From contig NC_043000.1 of assembly GCF_006345805.1 (NCBI RefSeq), positions 48,918,001-48,982,000 of the forward strand: DNA of 64,000 nt, written 5' to 3'. Below are positions 1-12,305 of this stretch, piece by piece. The stretch is from Octopus sinensis (taxonomy: Eukaryota). Position 1 is the stretch's first letter. Every line of letters begins with the position of its first letter. The position numbers were made by a program, and so were the translations under genes. The notes under the pieces were generated by a model. The model was not told the DNA's origin. It searched no databases and saw only the letters and a program-made list of their open reading frames with translations.

Positions 1-139
1 ATATATATATGTGTGCGCGTGTGTGTGTTTGTGTATATATATATATATATGTATAAGGGTGGAAAGGAACACACGAGTTGATATATATGAAAAAACAAGT
101 AAAAATAGAAAATGCTAAAATAATTTTATAGTGAACATT

Positions 140-176
140 CAGTACCGGTTTCGGTCATTTGAGACCTTTTCAACTG
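140..176 (-). ncRNA. Minimal type-I hammerhead ribozyme, U3-A8 core variant (inverted copy)
   Basis: Reverse complement reads CAG-TTGAAAA-GGTC-tcaaat-GACC-GAAAC-CG-GTA-CTG. Identical to the + copy except for a 1-nt shorter loop II. Confidence 0.75.
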
Positions 177-565
177 TAACGATTAATAATTAAATTTTCT
201 TCTTCTTCTTCTTCTTCTCCACCCCTACCCCTTAAGTCGTCACTAATGTTTTTTAGTATAACACCTACGCTAATTCTATAAAGAAGCCTGTCAATATAAA
301 TATTCTCCTGAATTGAACTGAGACTGCCAGCCGCCACTGACCATTCAAAATACGACCATCAGGGCACTCCCAGATTCTCCCACCCCCTTTCCTCACCAGC
401 CTCTCTCTACTACCCTACCAAGAGCTCACAACTACCTCGAACACACAAGTGCAAACAAGGGAGTCAGAGAAAGGCAGAATGCCACTTAAATCTGAACACT
501 ACTATAGAAATATTCTTTTAAAAAAACTTTTCTTCTAATTTTTCTAATTTAATTATTTAATCGTA

Positions 566-603
566 CAGTTGAAAAGGTCTCAAAATGACCGAAACCGGTA
601 CTG
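566..603 (+). ncRNA. Minimal type-I hammerhead ribozyme, U3-A8 core variant
   Basis: CAG-TTGAAAA-GGTC-tcaaaat-GACC-GAAAC-CG-GTA-CTG: stem I CAG/CTG, core U3UGAAA8A, stem II GGTC/GACC, GAAA, palindromic stem III ACCGGT, cleavage triplet GUA. Confidence 0.75.
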
Positions 604-652
604 AAATGTTCACTATAAAATTATTTTAGCATTTTCTATTGTTTACTTGTTT

Positions 653-706
<54 letters not shown>

Positions 707-1317
707 ATGTGTGTGTGTTTATGTGTATGCATGCATATATATGTACTTATATATATATATATATACATACATGCATACATACATACATACATACATACAT
801 ACATAAAGACAAAGGGGGAGAAAGAGCAGTTAAAGCAAAGTTCATGCGACCGATTAGAAAACGTGTTTGAATGTGGATGAACAAGTCTGTTTCTTCTTCC
901 TCTTTCATTTATATATATATATATATATATATCTTAAATAGCGCGTACCTACATCTAACTAAATCTTTTAAATGCATCATATGTAGACATACGTATGCGT
1001 TTATCATACATCAATATAAAAAAATTGTATAAGTACTGCATGTGTGGGGTATTGTAATACGATTTTACCGTACTTGAGATTAAAGTTTGCAACCATTTAA
1101 ATTCTAGACAATTCAATAGTTTTTCTCACTTAGACATTTCTGCTGGTTTTTTACTAAATATCTGAAGACAAATATTGATTCATAAATTGATTTCATTATA
1201 GCTAGACGCCACTATATTTGCTGTTATTTTCAATTATTGCTAATGATTTGTTTGGAATATACTGATACTGTTGCTTTCCATACCATTACGTTCATCTTCA
1301 TCTTTCTTCTTTCTTTA

Positions 1318-1452
1318 CGTTTTGCGTTCAAATTCCGCTGGGGTCGACTTTGACTTTATTCCTTTCATGATTGATAAAATAAGTACCAGTTGACCTCTGA
1401 GGACGCCATAATCTACCTACCTCCCTATCCTTAAAATTCTAAATTTGAAAGC
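1318..1452 (+). mobile_element. SINE family A, partial
   Basis: GTTCAAATTCC B-box-like motif then ggggtcgactttg...gataaaataagtaccagttg, shared with copies at 11290, 16350, 31316 and 37667. Confidence 0.65.
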
Positions 1453-1569
1453 CATTCTTCTTCATATATTTTCTTCTTCTTTACTCAAGTCTTTTTTGAG
1501 ATCCTTGAGAGTTTCATGTGTATCGTGCCTGCTACCTGCAGCCTACTGTACCATGCTATCTTTTCTCTT

Positions 1570-1775
1570 CACCTGTATCATACTTTCCTGATGGTTCTGG
1601 CCGTGTCAAGCAGACAAACCATTTGTAACATCTCTACTGGGCACTCTATACCGATTACCTTTACAGTCCTCTCGATGCATTATGACACTGTCTCAATGAC
1701 CCGACAATAACTGACACTATCTTCACCTTCGTCGTTGTCGACGCCTACTGCAACTGGCAGTTTAACGGGAGAATT
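1570..1775 (-). mobile_element. Dong/R4-clade LINE, C-terminal RLE tail fragment
   Basis: Minus strand translates KVKIVSVIVGSL / VIGIECPVEMLQMVCLLDTARTIRKV*, matching the VPVIVGALG...LQK..LLGTARI.RKV terminus of R4/Dong ORFs. Confidence 0.7.
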
Positions 1776-1789
1776 CCTAGTACTGTTAG

Positions 1790-3762
1790 CATAGATGTGG
1801 TGACACTGCGGTGGAAGGACACCGACAATGGGTACGTACTAGGGAATTTTCGGCTCATAACTCTGCTAAACACAGAGTTTCAAATTTTGGCCAAGGTGTT
1901 AGCGAAAAAGTCGGCGCTTGTCGTCGAAAGGCTGGTCGGAGAAGCGCAAACGTGAGCAATCCCGATCTGGTCTATCCACGACATTCTTCACCTTCTACGA
2001 CATATCATAGAGAAGGCTCTGTTCAATTGAAACCATACGATAGTGCTGACCATAGCTACTTGGAAGCCGTCCTGAAAGCAGACGGTTTCGGGTTCGTTTT
2101 CAGAGGCTGGATCACTGCAATGCACAGCGGAATCTGTTCAGTGGTTAAAGTAACAGCCACCTATTGGACCCTTTTGGCAACGCACGCACGGTCCGTTAGG
2201 GATGCCCGCTGTCACCTCTTCTGTACGTATTGGCGCTCGAGACACTGCTGCAGATTTTGGAAAGTTAAGGGACATATCTTTCGAAATGGAACATGGGAGA
2301 GCAGTGTCGGCATACGCGAAAGACGTCACTGACATGGTGTTGGACGCCTCCGAAGTGGAGACGGTCGGCACCACCCAAAAGGAATATGAGTTGGTTACTG
2401 AGGCGAAAATCAACGCCGACAAATCGGTGGGTTTGTGGTTGGGTTCCTGGAGAAGCAGGTCGATGCCATCGGATGGCGTTATACTGATCGGACTTTGGTT
2501 TAGTCCCGACCTGAAGGGTGACAAGAATTTGGACCATAGAAATGGGTTGAGAGGAAGCTGTCCCTGTAAGTTGGGGCAGATGTGCTATCATTTATCGCCT
2601 GATCATTGTTGCCCGTCCTGATTACTGCATAACTAGCTTGGATCGCCTCTCATTTAAAATTTTGTGGAAGGGACACGTTCTAATGGTCAATCAGTCAGTG
2701 TGTTGCTAGCATCCTCTGAGTGGGGGGATTAGCTATGCCGTTGCTCCTAATGCTCAGACACACCTGCAACGATTTCTGGATGGTGAGCATGTGTGGGCTC
2801 TATTTGTGAGGCTCCTCTTTCCGCAACTCATTTCCTTGACGGAGCTGAATCCTGATAGAAGAAAAGACCGAGGCTGTTGCCTGGCACCTAGAATGTCGTC
2901 AAGCTCCTACAACTCTCTACCTGTCTGGAAATGGGATAGGTGGATGATCCGCTTTAGAAATTTATAGTGGGCTGGTAGCGGGAAAGTGCGACGGCGTTCT
3001 CGGGGAGAGTTTCCGGTTGGGAACTATCATGAATAATTTCCAAATGTCATTGGCTTGGCAATGGTACCGAGTGTGGGGCGTTACCGGTTCGAGTTCACCT
3101 GTACAGGCACGGCTGTGCTGTCAGACGGGCTTGTCCAAAATCCGCGCAAAAAGGCGAAACCGTTCTGTACGCACTCTTTCAGTGTCCGGGCATTGCTGAA
3201 TTGTGGGGTTACGGGGAACAGCTGCTGTCACGCGTGGGACGAATCCGTCTATCGGCCGAGTGTGTAGTGATGGTTGCCCTGCCGCCCTCCTTCAGTGGAA
3301 CAGGCAAGGCATGTTACCTTTGCCTGGTGGCTGTAGCAAAAGAAGTTGCTTTGTAGACAAGGCTGAAAGGCATGCGGGTAGAAACATTCCTCTTTGGTAG
3401 AGCAGTCATTGACTTCAAGTTTCACTCGAAAAGGAAATTGGGAGTGTAGAGGGAAGTGCTGTGCTCGAGTTAGTTTACTGAAAGGTGGATGAATGTTGCG
3501 AAAATGGCAAGAGTGGATACTACCTCTCTAATTGTAGACCTGTGAGACGGAGAGAAGGAATTCGAGAGGGCACTTGCTCTTGGCGTTCAGGGAAATCCCG
3601 GACAGTGTTCAGGGAAATCCTGTATTAGGAGGGCTACATCTCTATCATCCCCCGCCAAAAACATTTTTTTACCTTTGTACAGTATGTACATGTCCCTTCC
3701 TCTCCATTATTTACTGTATATACATAGCCTTTTTTCCTTTCTATCATTTCCTTATATGTAAA
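1790..3762 (+). mobile_element. 5'-truncated L1/Tx1-clade LINE, decayed RT and zinc-knuckle region
   Basis: Frameshifted RT motifs: GNFRLITLLNTEFQILAKVLAK (from 1842), YDSADHSYLEAVLKADGFG..F.GWI, GCPLSPLLYVLALE, AYAKDVT (YADD position), YELVTEAKINADKSVGLWLGSW. Decayed zf-RVT CPKS..ETVLYALFQC near 3133. Confidence 0.9.
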
Positions 3763-3764
3763 TC

Positions 3765-4058
3765 ACCACATATTGCAGCAGGTCTTCATCGCTATTTATC
3801 AAGCACTCGGCAAGCGTTCTCCTTTCACTCCTGATCTATACTAATTAGACCTCTGCCACCATTCTTTCTTTTCATATGCAGTCTGTTTACATTTGCTTTA
3901 GCGTGTTACGCCCCATGCAGTGTCACCAACTCTATCGTCTTTCTGTCGAGTGTTGATATTTTCTCCTTAGTCCATTTGAGGATGGACGCACTATGACTGA
4001 CCACCGCCACTGCCCAGATATTCATTGCGGTATTCAACATTTTGACATTCAGGAAGGC
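3765..4058 (-). mobile_element. Dong/R4-clade LINE, post-RT fragment
   Basis: Minus strand translates AMNIWAVAVVSHSASILKWTKEKISTLDRKTIELVTLHGA*HAKANVNRLHMKRKNGGRGLISI, typical of the R4/Dong post-RT region. Abuts a (TTA)n/(TCA)n array at ~4065-4142. Confidence 0.85.
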
Positions 4059-4461
4059 AGTGTATTATTTTTATTATTATTATTATTTTTATTATTATTA
4101 TTATTATTATTATCATCATCATCATCATCATCATCATCATTAACAATGACATTTAGAAATATTTTTCGTGATTTTTAATAACTTCTTTTATCTTTGACAG
4201 TGACTATGGTGAAATTACTGGACACCAAATTTGATACCTTAACTTGCACTTCTAGTTTATGAGTTTGAAATACCCCATTAACTATTTTATATCTGTCATA
4301 ACCGACATAAAATTCCAGACAAAAGTGTATTTCGCAAAAGTATAAATTTATATGTCTCCTACGTAACTTTTAATATCGACTGTTAAATTTTGGAGCGACT
4401 TGTCTGAAATGATTGAAATATGGACTTAAATATACATTGGTTCCAAATTTTGACATACGGC

Positions 4462-4611
4462 TAGTAATTCCGAGGGAGGTGGGATAAATCGATTACACTG
4501 ATCACAGTGCTTAATTGGTGGTCAACCTTGGTGATATGGGGAAAAAAATATCGGAAAAATGACGTTAGGTATTTTGTCAGGTTCCATAAAGATTCTGCCA
4601 GCTCACCGCCT
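4462..4611 (-). mobile_element. SINE family A, degenerate
   Basis: Minus strand begins AGGCGGTGAGCTGGCAGAATC, the family-A head. Confidence 0.6.
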
Positions 4612-4619
4612 GGATTTAA

Positions 4620-6316
4620 CCCTATATTGTATGAATTATTAAGGGCTGTTACAAAGAAATTATTTTTACCGAAATTCAATCAAAATTCATAGCTGACAAG
4701 TGAATCCTTGTAAAGTGTTATGTAAATGTAAATATGTGGTGATATGGGGTTTTGTTAGTCAGAAGCAATAGCATGCAAAATGTAAATTAAAAATGTAGAT
4801 AAATACTTGAAATGTAATCTATTATCACACAAAGGCTATCAAAAAACAAGAATAACAATAAAAGTGCCTGCTTGATATATGGTAAAACAAAAACTGATTT
4901 CATTCAGTGTGAATGTGCTTGACACAGTTTAATTTTTCTATAATGCAAGAATTAACATTACATTTACCACAGCTAACCTTTGAAATGAAGTCTCAACCTG
5001 GATTCATGCATCTCTCCTTGTTACTCCCTTCCATGTACTGAGGCCTGTGATCTATACGATCCATGTGGATTAGCCTGTTTGCCATTAGGGCTGTCGTTCC
5101 TTTAGACTTTCTGGTCTGAATTTGCCTTTCCATTTGGTTTAGTGGTGAGAGTTCTCTTTTGGCTGAATTGGATTTATGTGATCTCATACGTGGGAATGCA
5201 TCAAACATAAATCTAAGATTTATGCTTGATGCTTTCTCAGATTCATAACGTCGGACTAAAAGCCATGATTGTAGCCACAGTCATTTCGAGAGTGTCGGTG
5301 GTACAACGTTTTTAGTGAACATTGATGCCGTAGAGACACAACAGTCCATCCAGTAAACCTACCCCACCCGTGAATTCACTGAAATCGCTAAAAATGGAAG
5401 AGAAAGAATAGTTACAGAGTACTTTTATTTTCTGTCAAATCTGAAGATTTCAGTGGATGGATCGACTAATTCATATGTTGGAAACAGTAATACCACAACT
5501 ATCAAACTATTTTGCCGCGCGAAACTCCACGCCATCAAAATAGGTCGTCCATACTTCGACCGAGCCCGCTGCCATTTAATGCTGCGTCTAAGGAAAAATT
5601 ACAACCAGGTTAACAAGAGGCATGCACTATACTAACATATTACTATACCCATCTCGTGTAGAAGCATTACGTGCTCACCACCTGAAAACCAATTGTCAAA
5701 CTACAGCTTGTGCAATTTGTTTCTTGCTATATTTTGCAGCAGTATCATCGCAATCTTCCAGAGTCTAATTCTGGTTTATTTGGGCATGTTTCATAAGTCC
5801 ATCTATTTCCGATAACACTGTGGTTTCTCTTTACCGCAGAATCTGCTGCAGTTCATCTTTCTGAAAAGTTGATAAAAGATATGAAAGGCTTTCTAATGTT
5901 GCTCAGAAAAGCTTGAAATTTCCAATTCTCAATTTGTGCAAGCAGTCACTTTCAGCATGTCATCATGGTAGAATGCACACTGTTGTTTAAAAGTAACAGA
6001 GAATGAAAACAATATTTTGCATTCTTTTCTATCAATGTCCACGAACAATAAGTTACTCGAAAAACGTGAAACTGTAGAAAATAATTTGTTAATAAATTAT
6101 AAGCTTAGTGAAGCTTTACGGTTTGGAATTTCAGTGTTCTTGAAAATATAAGTCTGCCTGTTGTTTTGAAGCATACAAGGTTGTTTCTTGCCGTAAAGTC
6201 TTGTTTACACCTAGGGCTCCTGTTCAAAAACCAAAAAGAGCCTTTCTTTAGATTAACATCAGACATTTAGGCACTTTGGAGTTTGTCATTTTAAGTGCAC
6301 ATTATGCAATATAGGG
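4620..6316 (-). mobile_element. piggyBac transposon, internally deleted, inactive
   Basis: TTAA TSDs at 4616-4619 and 6317-6320. 13-bp TIRs CCCTATATTG(T/C)AT. Decayed transposase on the minus strand. Confidence 0.9.
4900..6050 (-). pseudogene. piggyBac (PGBD-type) transposase pseudogene
   Basis: Hand translation across stops and frameshifts: HKL*FDNWFS, DGVEFRAAK*FDS, FSEFTGGVGLLDGL (YNKFMGGVDLLD-like), QSWLLVRR, and C-terminal Cys-rich RCMNPG*...CGKCNVNSC...NCVKHIH ending at 4900. Confidence 0.85.
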
Positions 6317-6461
6317 TTAAGTAAATATTAGAACATGGGATCATGCAGATCATTAAGGAACTGAATCCATCCGATAGTAATAGGCAAGAAGTGCACAAAA
6401 CGAATTGGATATTATGTAAATACCAGTATTTTCTCTTGACAGAATTATTTCGTAAGTCCTA

Positions 6462-7649
6462 CGAGGGGCGTTCAATAAGTAATGCCTCTGACCCACTTGC
6501 AGTTATTCGATCTAGCTGAAATTTTGCATGTGCAATTATTTATATCTCTATAGATTAAGTGGAAAATTACAGCTTTAACTAATTTTGGTGTCTGATTTAC
6601 AGGTGTTTGAACTGAGTCAAGTGTGAAACGGAGCCTGTTGAGTGTCCAGCAGTGATGCGGTTTTTGTATTTGAAAGGACACACACCACGGGAGACTTTTG
6701 ATGAAATAAAAGTAACTTATGGTGATGATGCCCCATCATATGACCTTGTAAAACGCTGGCATCGTGAATTCAAACATGGTCGGAACTTTGTGGAAACAGC
6801 TCCCAGATCTGGTCGCCCCCTTCTGCCATTGATGAGGCATCTGTCCGTCAAGTTGAGGCTGCCATTTTGGAAGATCGACGCATAACTATTCGCCAAATAG
6901 CCCATGAGGTCAAGATTAGTACCGGGTCTGTGGAAACTATCATTCATGACCATTTGCATATGCAAAAGGTGTCTGCCAGATGGATTCCCATGCTGCTCAC
7001 ACCTTTCCAGAAGCAAGAAAGCGTCGATTGCGCGAGGATGAATTTGAAGATGTGCCAAGAAGATGAGTCAAAATTTTTCAAAAGACTGATTACACAGGAT
7101 GAAACCTGGGTCCATCACTATGATCCAGAGACCAAAGCCCAGTCAATGCAGTGGAAGCACCGGGACTCACCTCCTTCAAAGAAGGCAAGGGTGCAGCCCT
7201 CCGCTGGCAAGGTCATGCTCACAGTCTTCTGGGACCAGAGGCGGGGCAAGATCAGCAAAGGCATCTTCCTCCTGCAGGGCAACGCTCCGATCCACAACTC
7301 GCGTGTCGCCAGATCAGAAGCACAGGCGTGCGGCTATGAACTCATCCCCCATTCTCCCTACTCTCCTGACCTGCACCCTCTGATTTTCACCTCTTCCCAG
7401 CCATGAAGTTGTTTTTGAAAGGAAAGCGTTTCTCAGATGATGCAGCCTTGATTTCTGAAGTCACGTCGTGGTTGGAGGACCAAGCTGGGGTCTTCTACAA
7501 AAACGGTATTCAGAGCTGCATCAAACGATGGGAGAAATGCGTAACTCTGGGTGGTTCCTATGTAGAAAAAGACTAATAACTGTGCCAAGTTTCGTTGCTC
7601 TACTTCTATGGGAAGTGGGTCAGGGGCATTACTTATTGAACGCCCCTCG
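6462..7649 (+). mobile_element. mariner (DD34D) transposon, probably irritans subfamily
   Basis: 37-bp TIRs CGAGGGGCGTTCAATAAGTAATGCC(T/C)CTGACCCACTT with 1 mismatch. TA TSDs at 6460-6461 and 7650-7651. Length 1188 bp. Confidence 0.95.
6652..7576 (+). pseudogene. mariner transposase pseudogene
   Basis: HTH region MRFLYLKG...VKRWHREFKHGR, SARWIP, ITQDETWVHHYDPETK, QGNAPIH (second catalytic D lost), YSPDL, YVEKD*. Contains frameshifts and an internal deletion after FWDQR. Confidence 0.9.
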
Positions 7650-9489
7650 TATGCATGCAAACTCTTGTTTTGTCTTCTTGGCTTCTGCTTCTAATTCTTT
7701 ATTTCAAATTTGGCTTCTACCCGCCTTCAAATAATTTTACGTACTCTTTTCTGCAATTATCCCTTGAAATTACACTCTGGTATTAGAATTGTGGTATAAT
7801 GAGTATAGCTAAATAAAGCTATTAGAATAGTTAGTGTAAAACCTACGTGTTTAAGTAGTTATAGTTTTAATCCCTGTAGTATTAACTGGAAAATGAGCAA
7901 GTAAAATGATGGCGTAGATTCGTTCTTCTGCACATCGTAACAAAAGCTGATTTTATTCATAGTATAGTAATCGTTTCAATAAAAGGCTAGTTGTTAATGG
8001 AAAGCAGAACGAGGAATTCATTTAATCACGGTTGAAATTTCTATTCAATTCTTTTCTTTAAAGACGTATCTTTTAATGTTACATCTTAAAATGGAATATC
8101 GAGTCTTTTGTCTGACTCTGCAATGAAAATATATGGACAATAAATGCTTTACTTCCAATTTTCACTTGAGTAATATTCAGGATTTGCAAATAATGTACAG
8201 TATTTGCATGGGTGTATGTATACGTATCAGAATCAATATCTATGAAATAACCATTCTTTCGTGAATTTGTTTAATTAGCAGTTATACACCATTCTTGCTT
8301 ATAACTTTGGGTGTATGTCAAATCCATTAAGTAAAGTCTAAATTAACCTATACTCTGGCGAGTATCTTTTCTAACTGAAACTGTCGTAACTGCGTGAGTA
8401 GCTTGTGATCTAATTTGAAATGAACACGAAAATTGATAAAATATAAGATTGGTTTAGCATATTGATTTTAATGTTTTGAGTATGCTACATTCAAACGGCA
8501 AATAAATGAAAATTATCTAATACTAGAATATGTATTTTAGAATGTTCTGTTGACTTAACCGTTAATATCCATATCAGGTTCGTAATTGGTTCACTTATCT
8601 GATTGAAACTTAAATTCGATTTTATGTGAAGCAACATTTAGATGTCAATACTTCTTGTATTCAAGAAAAACTCTACTGTAGTCTGATATCAATTTAAAAC
8701 ATTGATTTAAATTACTATTTACCTTTCGACTGAAATACTGGAGTGGAAAATATTCATTATACAACGTTGTATAAAAGAATACTTTTCTGATTAACAAATG
8801 GTATATTTTGTAATGATATGTATGCAATGATATTCATACAGTAGACTATCAATATTTCGCCATATACAATATCTCAGTTTAATATTACAGTGGTGTAAGA
8901 AGCAATTATACAAATTGAAATTAATATCAACTCTCGCAATAAAATTCTATTTTATATTTTTTCTATATTCTCTACGCAATTATATATGAATTGCGTTTTA
9001 TAGTTAACGCCGCATTCCCTCTAATAAACATGATACGAAACATTATGGAGTTGTAATTTTTCTTCTTTGTCTTTACAGTCATGTTTATATATTCTCTTAG
9101 AAATGTCATCAATTATGCAAGGTGGCATAAATTATAGTATCTAAAATTAAGATAAACATACATAACACAATGTTACACTTTTATTGAATTAAATACATGA
9201 ATTATTAATAACTGCCCATAGAAATATATATTATGTGTAAGTTGAAAGCAAATGACAACTTTAAATGAACAGTTCATTTTGGCTACTATAATGTATGAAT
9301 TGAGGATATTTGAGAAAAGGCACATCATTTTAGAAATCAATCAATCGGGTTTATGACACGCTATGATGCCAATGTCACAGAGAAGCAACCATAAATACAT
9401 TTTAGTCAATATCAAACCAGGCGTAGAGAAAACTCTTCTGATCCGAAATGTCTCTTTATCAATACAATGAAAACTGAATTTCAGTTTTC

Positions 9490-9728
<239 letters not shown>

Positions 9729-10464
9729 AGCATATGTTCGTATACATATTTACGTAGATAAGTAAATGATAGTATATATACTTTTATGTATACTTATGTT
9801 CTTACATAGGTGTATACTTGCATACATATAGCTATATATATGTATAATATCGCCTATCATTCTATTTGTATAAAGACGATGCAAATTATTAATGTTTTGA
9901 AATAGATGCTAAATATATAAATTTATCACTCCAAAATATATTTACTTACTTCCCTAAATATAAATCAAAGAAACGTATTTCTCTCTTTGATGAATACTTA
10001 TTTTCTGCTAGCAGATATATTCTTTTGACATTGCTTTCTATAATGATTGATCTTTTAACCCACGAAAAGCATAAAACTGTCAAAAATAAATTTTTAACAA
10101 TTGATAAATTTGTCGATTAGAAAATATCGACAATAATTTTGCAAAAGTCACAGACTAAATATATTAAATTCTATATATTTGCTTCATTCTGTAGAATTGT
10201 TTCGCATTGATTTTTATGTCGACTCAAGGTTACAGATATAGTGTAACGTATGAGATTATGTAACGTTCATTCATTTCAGCAGTCAACTAGCTAAGTGAAT
10301 TGGTTGAAAATGGTATCCGAAACCAGTTTGTATTTTTCGTGGAAATAAAGTCTTAAAACGGAACTTATATAATAATGATTCAAGTACTAAAATGAAATTT
10401 CCTATTTTCGTAATACAACTCTCTGTGACAAGAAAGAAATTGCAGAAAATATTTAGATATCCAT

Positions 10465-10745
10465 GTTAGGCCTGAATGTGTGGTAAGAAGTTTGCTTCTC
10501 AACTACATGGTTCTGCTTTCAGTTCCTATCGGTGACAAACCAAGCGAGTGTCTTCTATACACCCCAGGGTCGATGAAAGATTTCTGATCAGATTTGGTTG
10601 TCGAAAACTGAAAGAATTCCGTCCTATATATGAATATATATCTGTGTGTTTGTGTCTCTGCGTTTGTTTCTCTCACTGCTTAAGAAATAAGTATCAGTCT
10701 TATCAGAATTAAAGATCTGAGATCGATTCATTCGACTACAAATCC
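10465..10745 (+). mobile_element. SINE family B (tRNA-like head), degenerate
   Basis: gtgtggtaagaagtttgcttctcaactacatggtt head and gtgtcttcta...aaactgaaagaa body, shared with copies at 11925, 38690 and 58080. Confidence 0.65.
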
Positions 10746-10834
10746 CTGCAAGTTGTTGCCTCAGAATGGGTGCATTTTAATGACTAAAGCAAGTAAATGC
10801 TTGTTTTCTGCTTGCCCCTCCCCCAAAGATGAAA

Positions 10835-10975
10835 GTTTTGGGAACGGGGTCAGTAAATTACATCGACACCTGTATTTAACTGGTGCTTCTTTTATTGGCT
10901 ACGAAAAGGAGAAAGGTGAAGTCGATCTTGACAGAATATGAATTCAGAACGTAAAATCGGAAGTATGCCATTTGG
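10835..10975 (-). mobile_element. SINE family A, partial
   Basis: Similar to 11290-11506. Confidence 0.55.
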
Positions 10976-11289
10976 TAATTTACCCGGTATATAATTTAGC
11001 CAGGTCGCCCCCTTTATATATTATGTAGATATTAAGATATAATGTTCGGTGGAAGATTAGGGAGCGTTTCTATAGTGCACTGATATAAGTTCTCCTATTA
11101 ACTCTAATCCTTCAAAGTAGAGATAATGAGGGAACATCTAGGCCGTCGATTGACTTGCTAGAAATATCTGTGAAATCTCTTCTAGCCTTAGAACACACTG
11201 AATGAAACAATTCGTGTTAAGGAAAACATAAATTTGTCACCTTCTCTTGAACGCCTTTGATTATAGGTCATATGGCGAAAAATCAATAT

Positions 11290-11506
11290 AATATTTTCTA
11301 CTCTAAGCACAAAGCCCGAAATTTTGGGCGAGGCCGGGGCCAGTCGATTAGATCGACCCCAATACGCAACTGGTACTTAATTTATCGATCCAGAAGGGAT
11401 GAAAGGCAAAGTCGACCTCGGCGGAATTTGAACTCAGAACATAAAGACACGAAATATCGCTTAGCATTTTGCCCGGGGTGCTAACGTTTCTGCCAGCTTC
11501 CCGCCT
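11290..11506 (-). mobile_element. SINE family A, near full length
   Basis: Minus strand: GGCGGGAAGCTGGCAGAAACGTTAGCACCCCGGGC...GAGTTCAAATTCCGCCGAGGTCGACTTTGCC (A-box/B-box-like tRNA head). Confidence 0.8.
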
Positions 11507-11584
11507 TGAAAAGCGAAATAATTGAAAGTAAACTGTAACGACAACACAATTATAGGATCTCTCATATCATTACAATATCTAAAT

Positions 11585-11805
11585 TCTTTTATTCTGTTAC
11601 TTCCCTCAGTCATTTGACAGCGGCCACGCTGGAGCACCAGCTTGAAGGGTGCTAGACGAAGAAATCGACTCCAAGACTTATTCTTTGTAAGCCTAGTACC
11701 TAAACTATCGGAGTCTTTTGCTGAACCGCTAAGTTGCGCGGGCATAAACACACCAGCATCGGTTGGCAAGTGATGGCGGGATGACAAACACAGACACAAA
11801 CATCT
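11585..11805 (-). mobile_element. SINE family B, 3' half
   Basis: cagtcatttgacagcggccacgctggagcacc...gaaccgctaagtt, shared with 32540 and 38690. Confidence 0.7.
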
Positions 11806-11924
11806 AGAGGAATTTGTTTTAAAGATGGCTATGTAGATTAGCGATTGAGAGGATTCTATCAGCACCAATAAACCAATTTCATATGATGATAAAAATATAT
11901 ATCTTCCATGGTGCATATTTTACT

Positions 11925-12305
11925 TGTTTCATTTATTAGATTAAAGGGGCGCTGGCTCACCACTTCGAACAGTTTTAATTGAAAACATCGACTTAGTAGT
12001 TATTTGTTTCAAATCTGGAACTTATTCTATCGGTATTTTTTTTTCGAGCTTCTAGGTTATAAAGGTCGTAAACACACCGACAGTGGCATTGGTGGAGGAC
12101 AAACGCAAACACGCAGACCCACATACGTATTCTCTCTCACACGCACACATACGAATATATATGTATATACATATACATATGCAACAGGCGTCTTTCAGTT
12201 TCGGTCAACCAAACTACCAAATCCACTCAAAAAACATCAATTGGCCCATGGCTATAGTGGAAGGCTATTTTCCAAGGTCCCATGCAGTGGGCCTGCACCC
12301 AAGTG
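11925..12305 (-). mobile_element. SINE family B with internal microsatellite
   Basis: ctttcagtttcggtcaaccaaa...ggctatagtggaagg...ccaaggt...gcagtggg, similar to 38690-39075. Confidence 0.7.

Larger units (their letters stand above)
53..664 (+). mobile_element. Penelope-like element 3' remnant with 5'-inverted pLTR (PLE-1)
   Basis: ~115-bp inverted repeats 81-195 / 548-664, each carrying a hammerhead motif. The interior encodes KEACQYKYSPELN*D at 280-324, resembling the KEA..P.LNRD end of PLE GIY-YIG domains. Flanked by (TA)/(TG) repeats. Confidence 0.75.
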
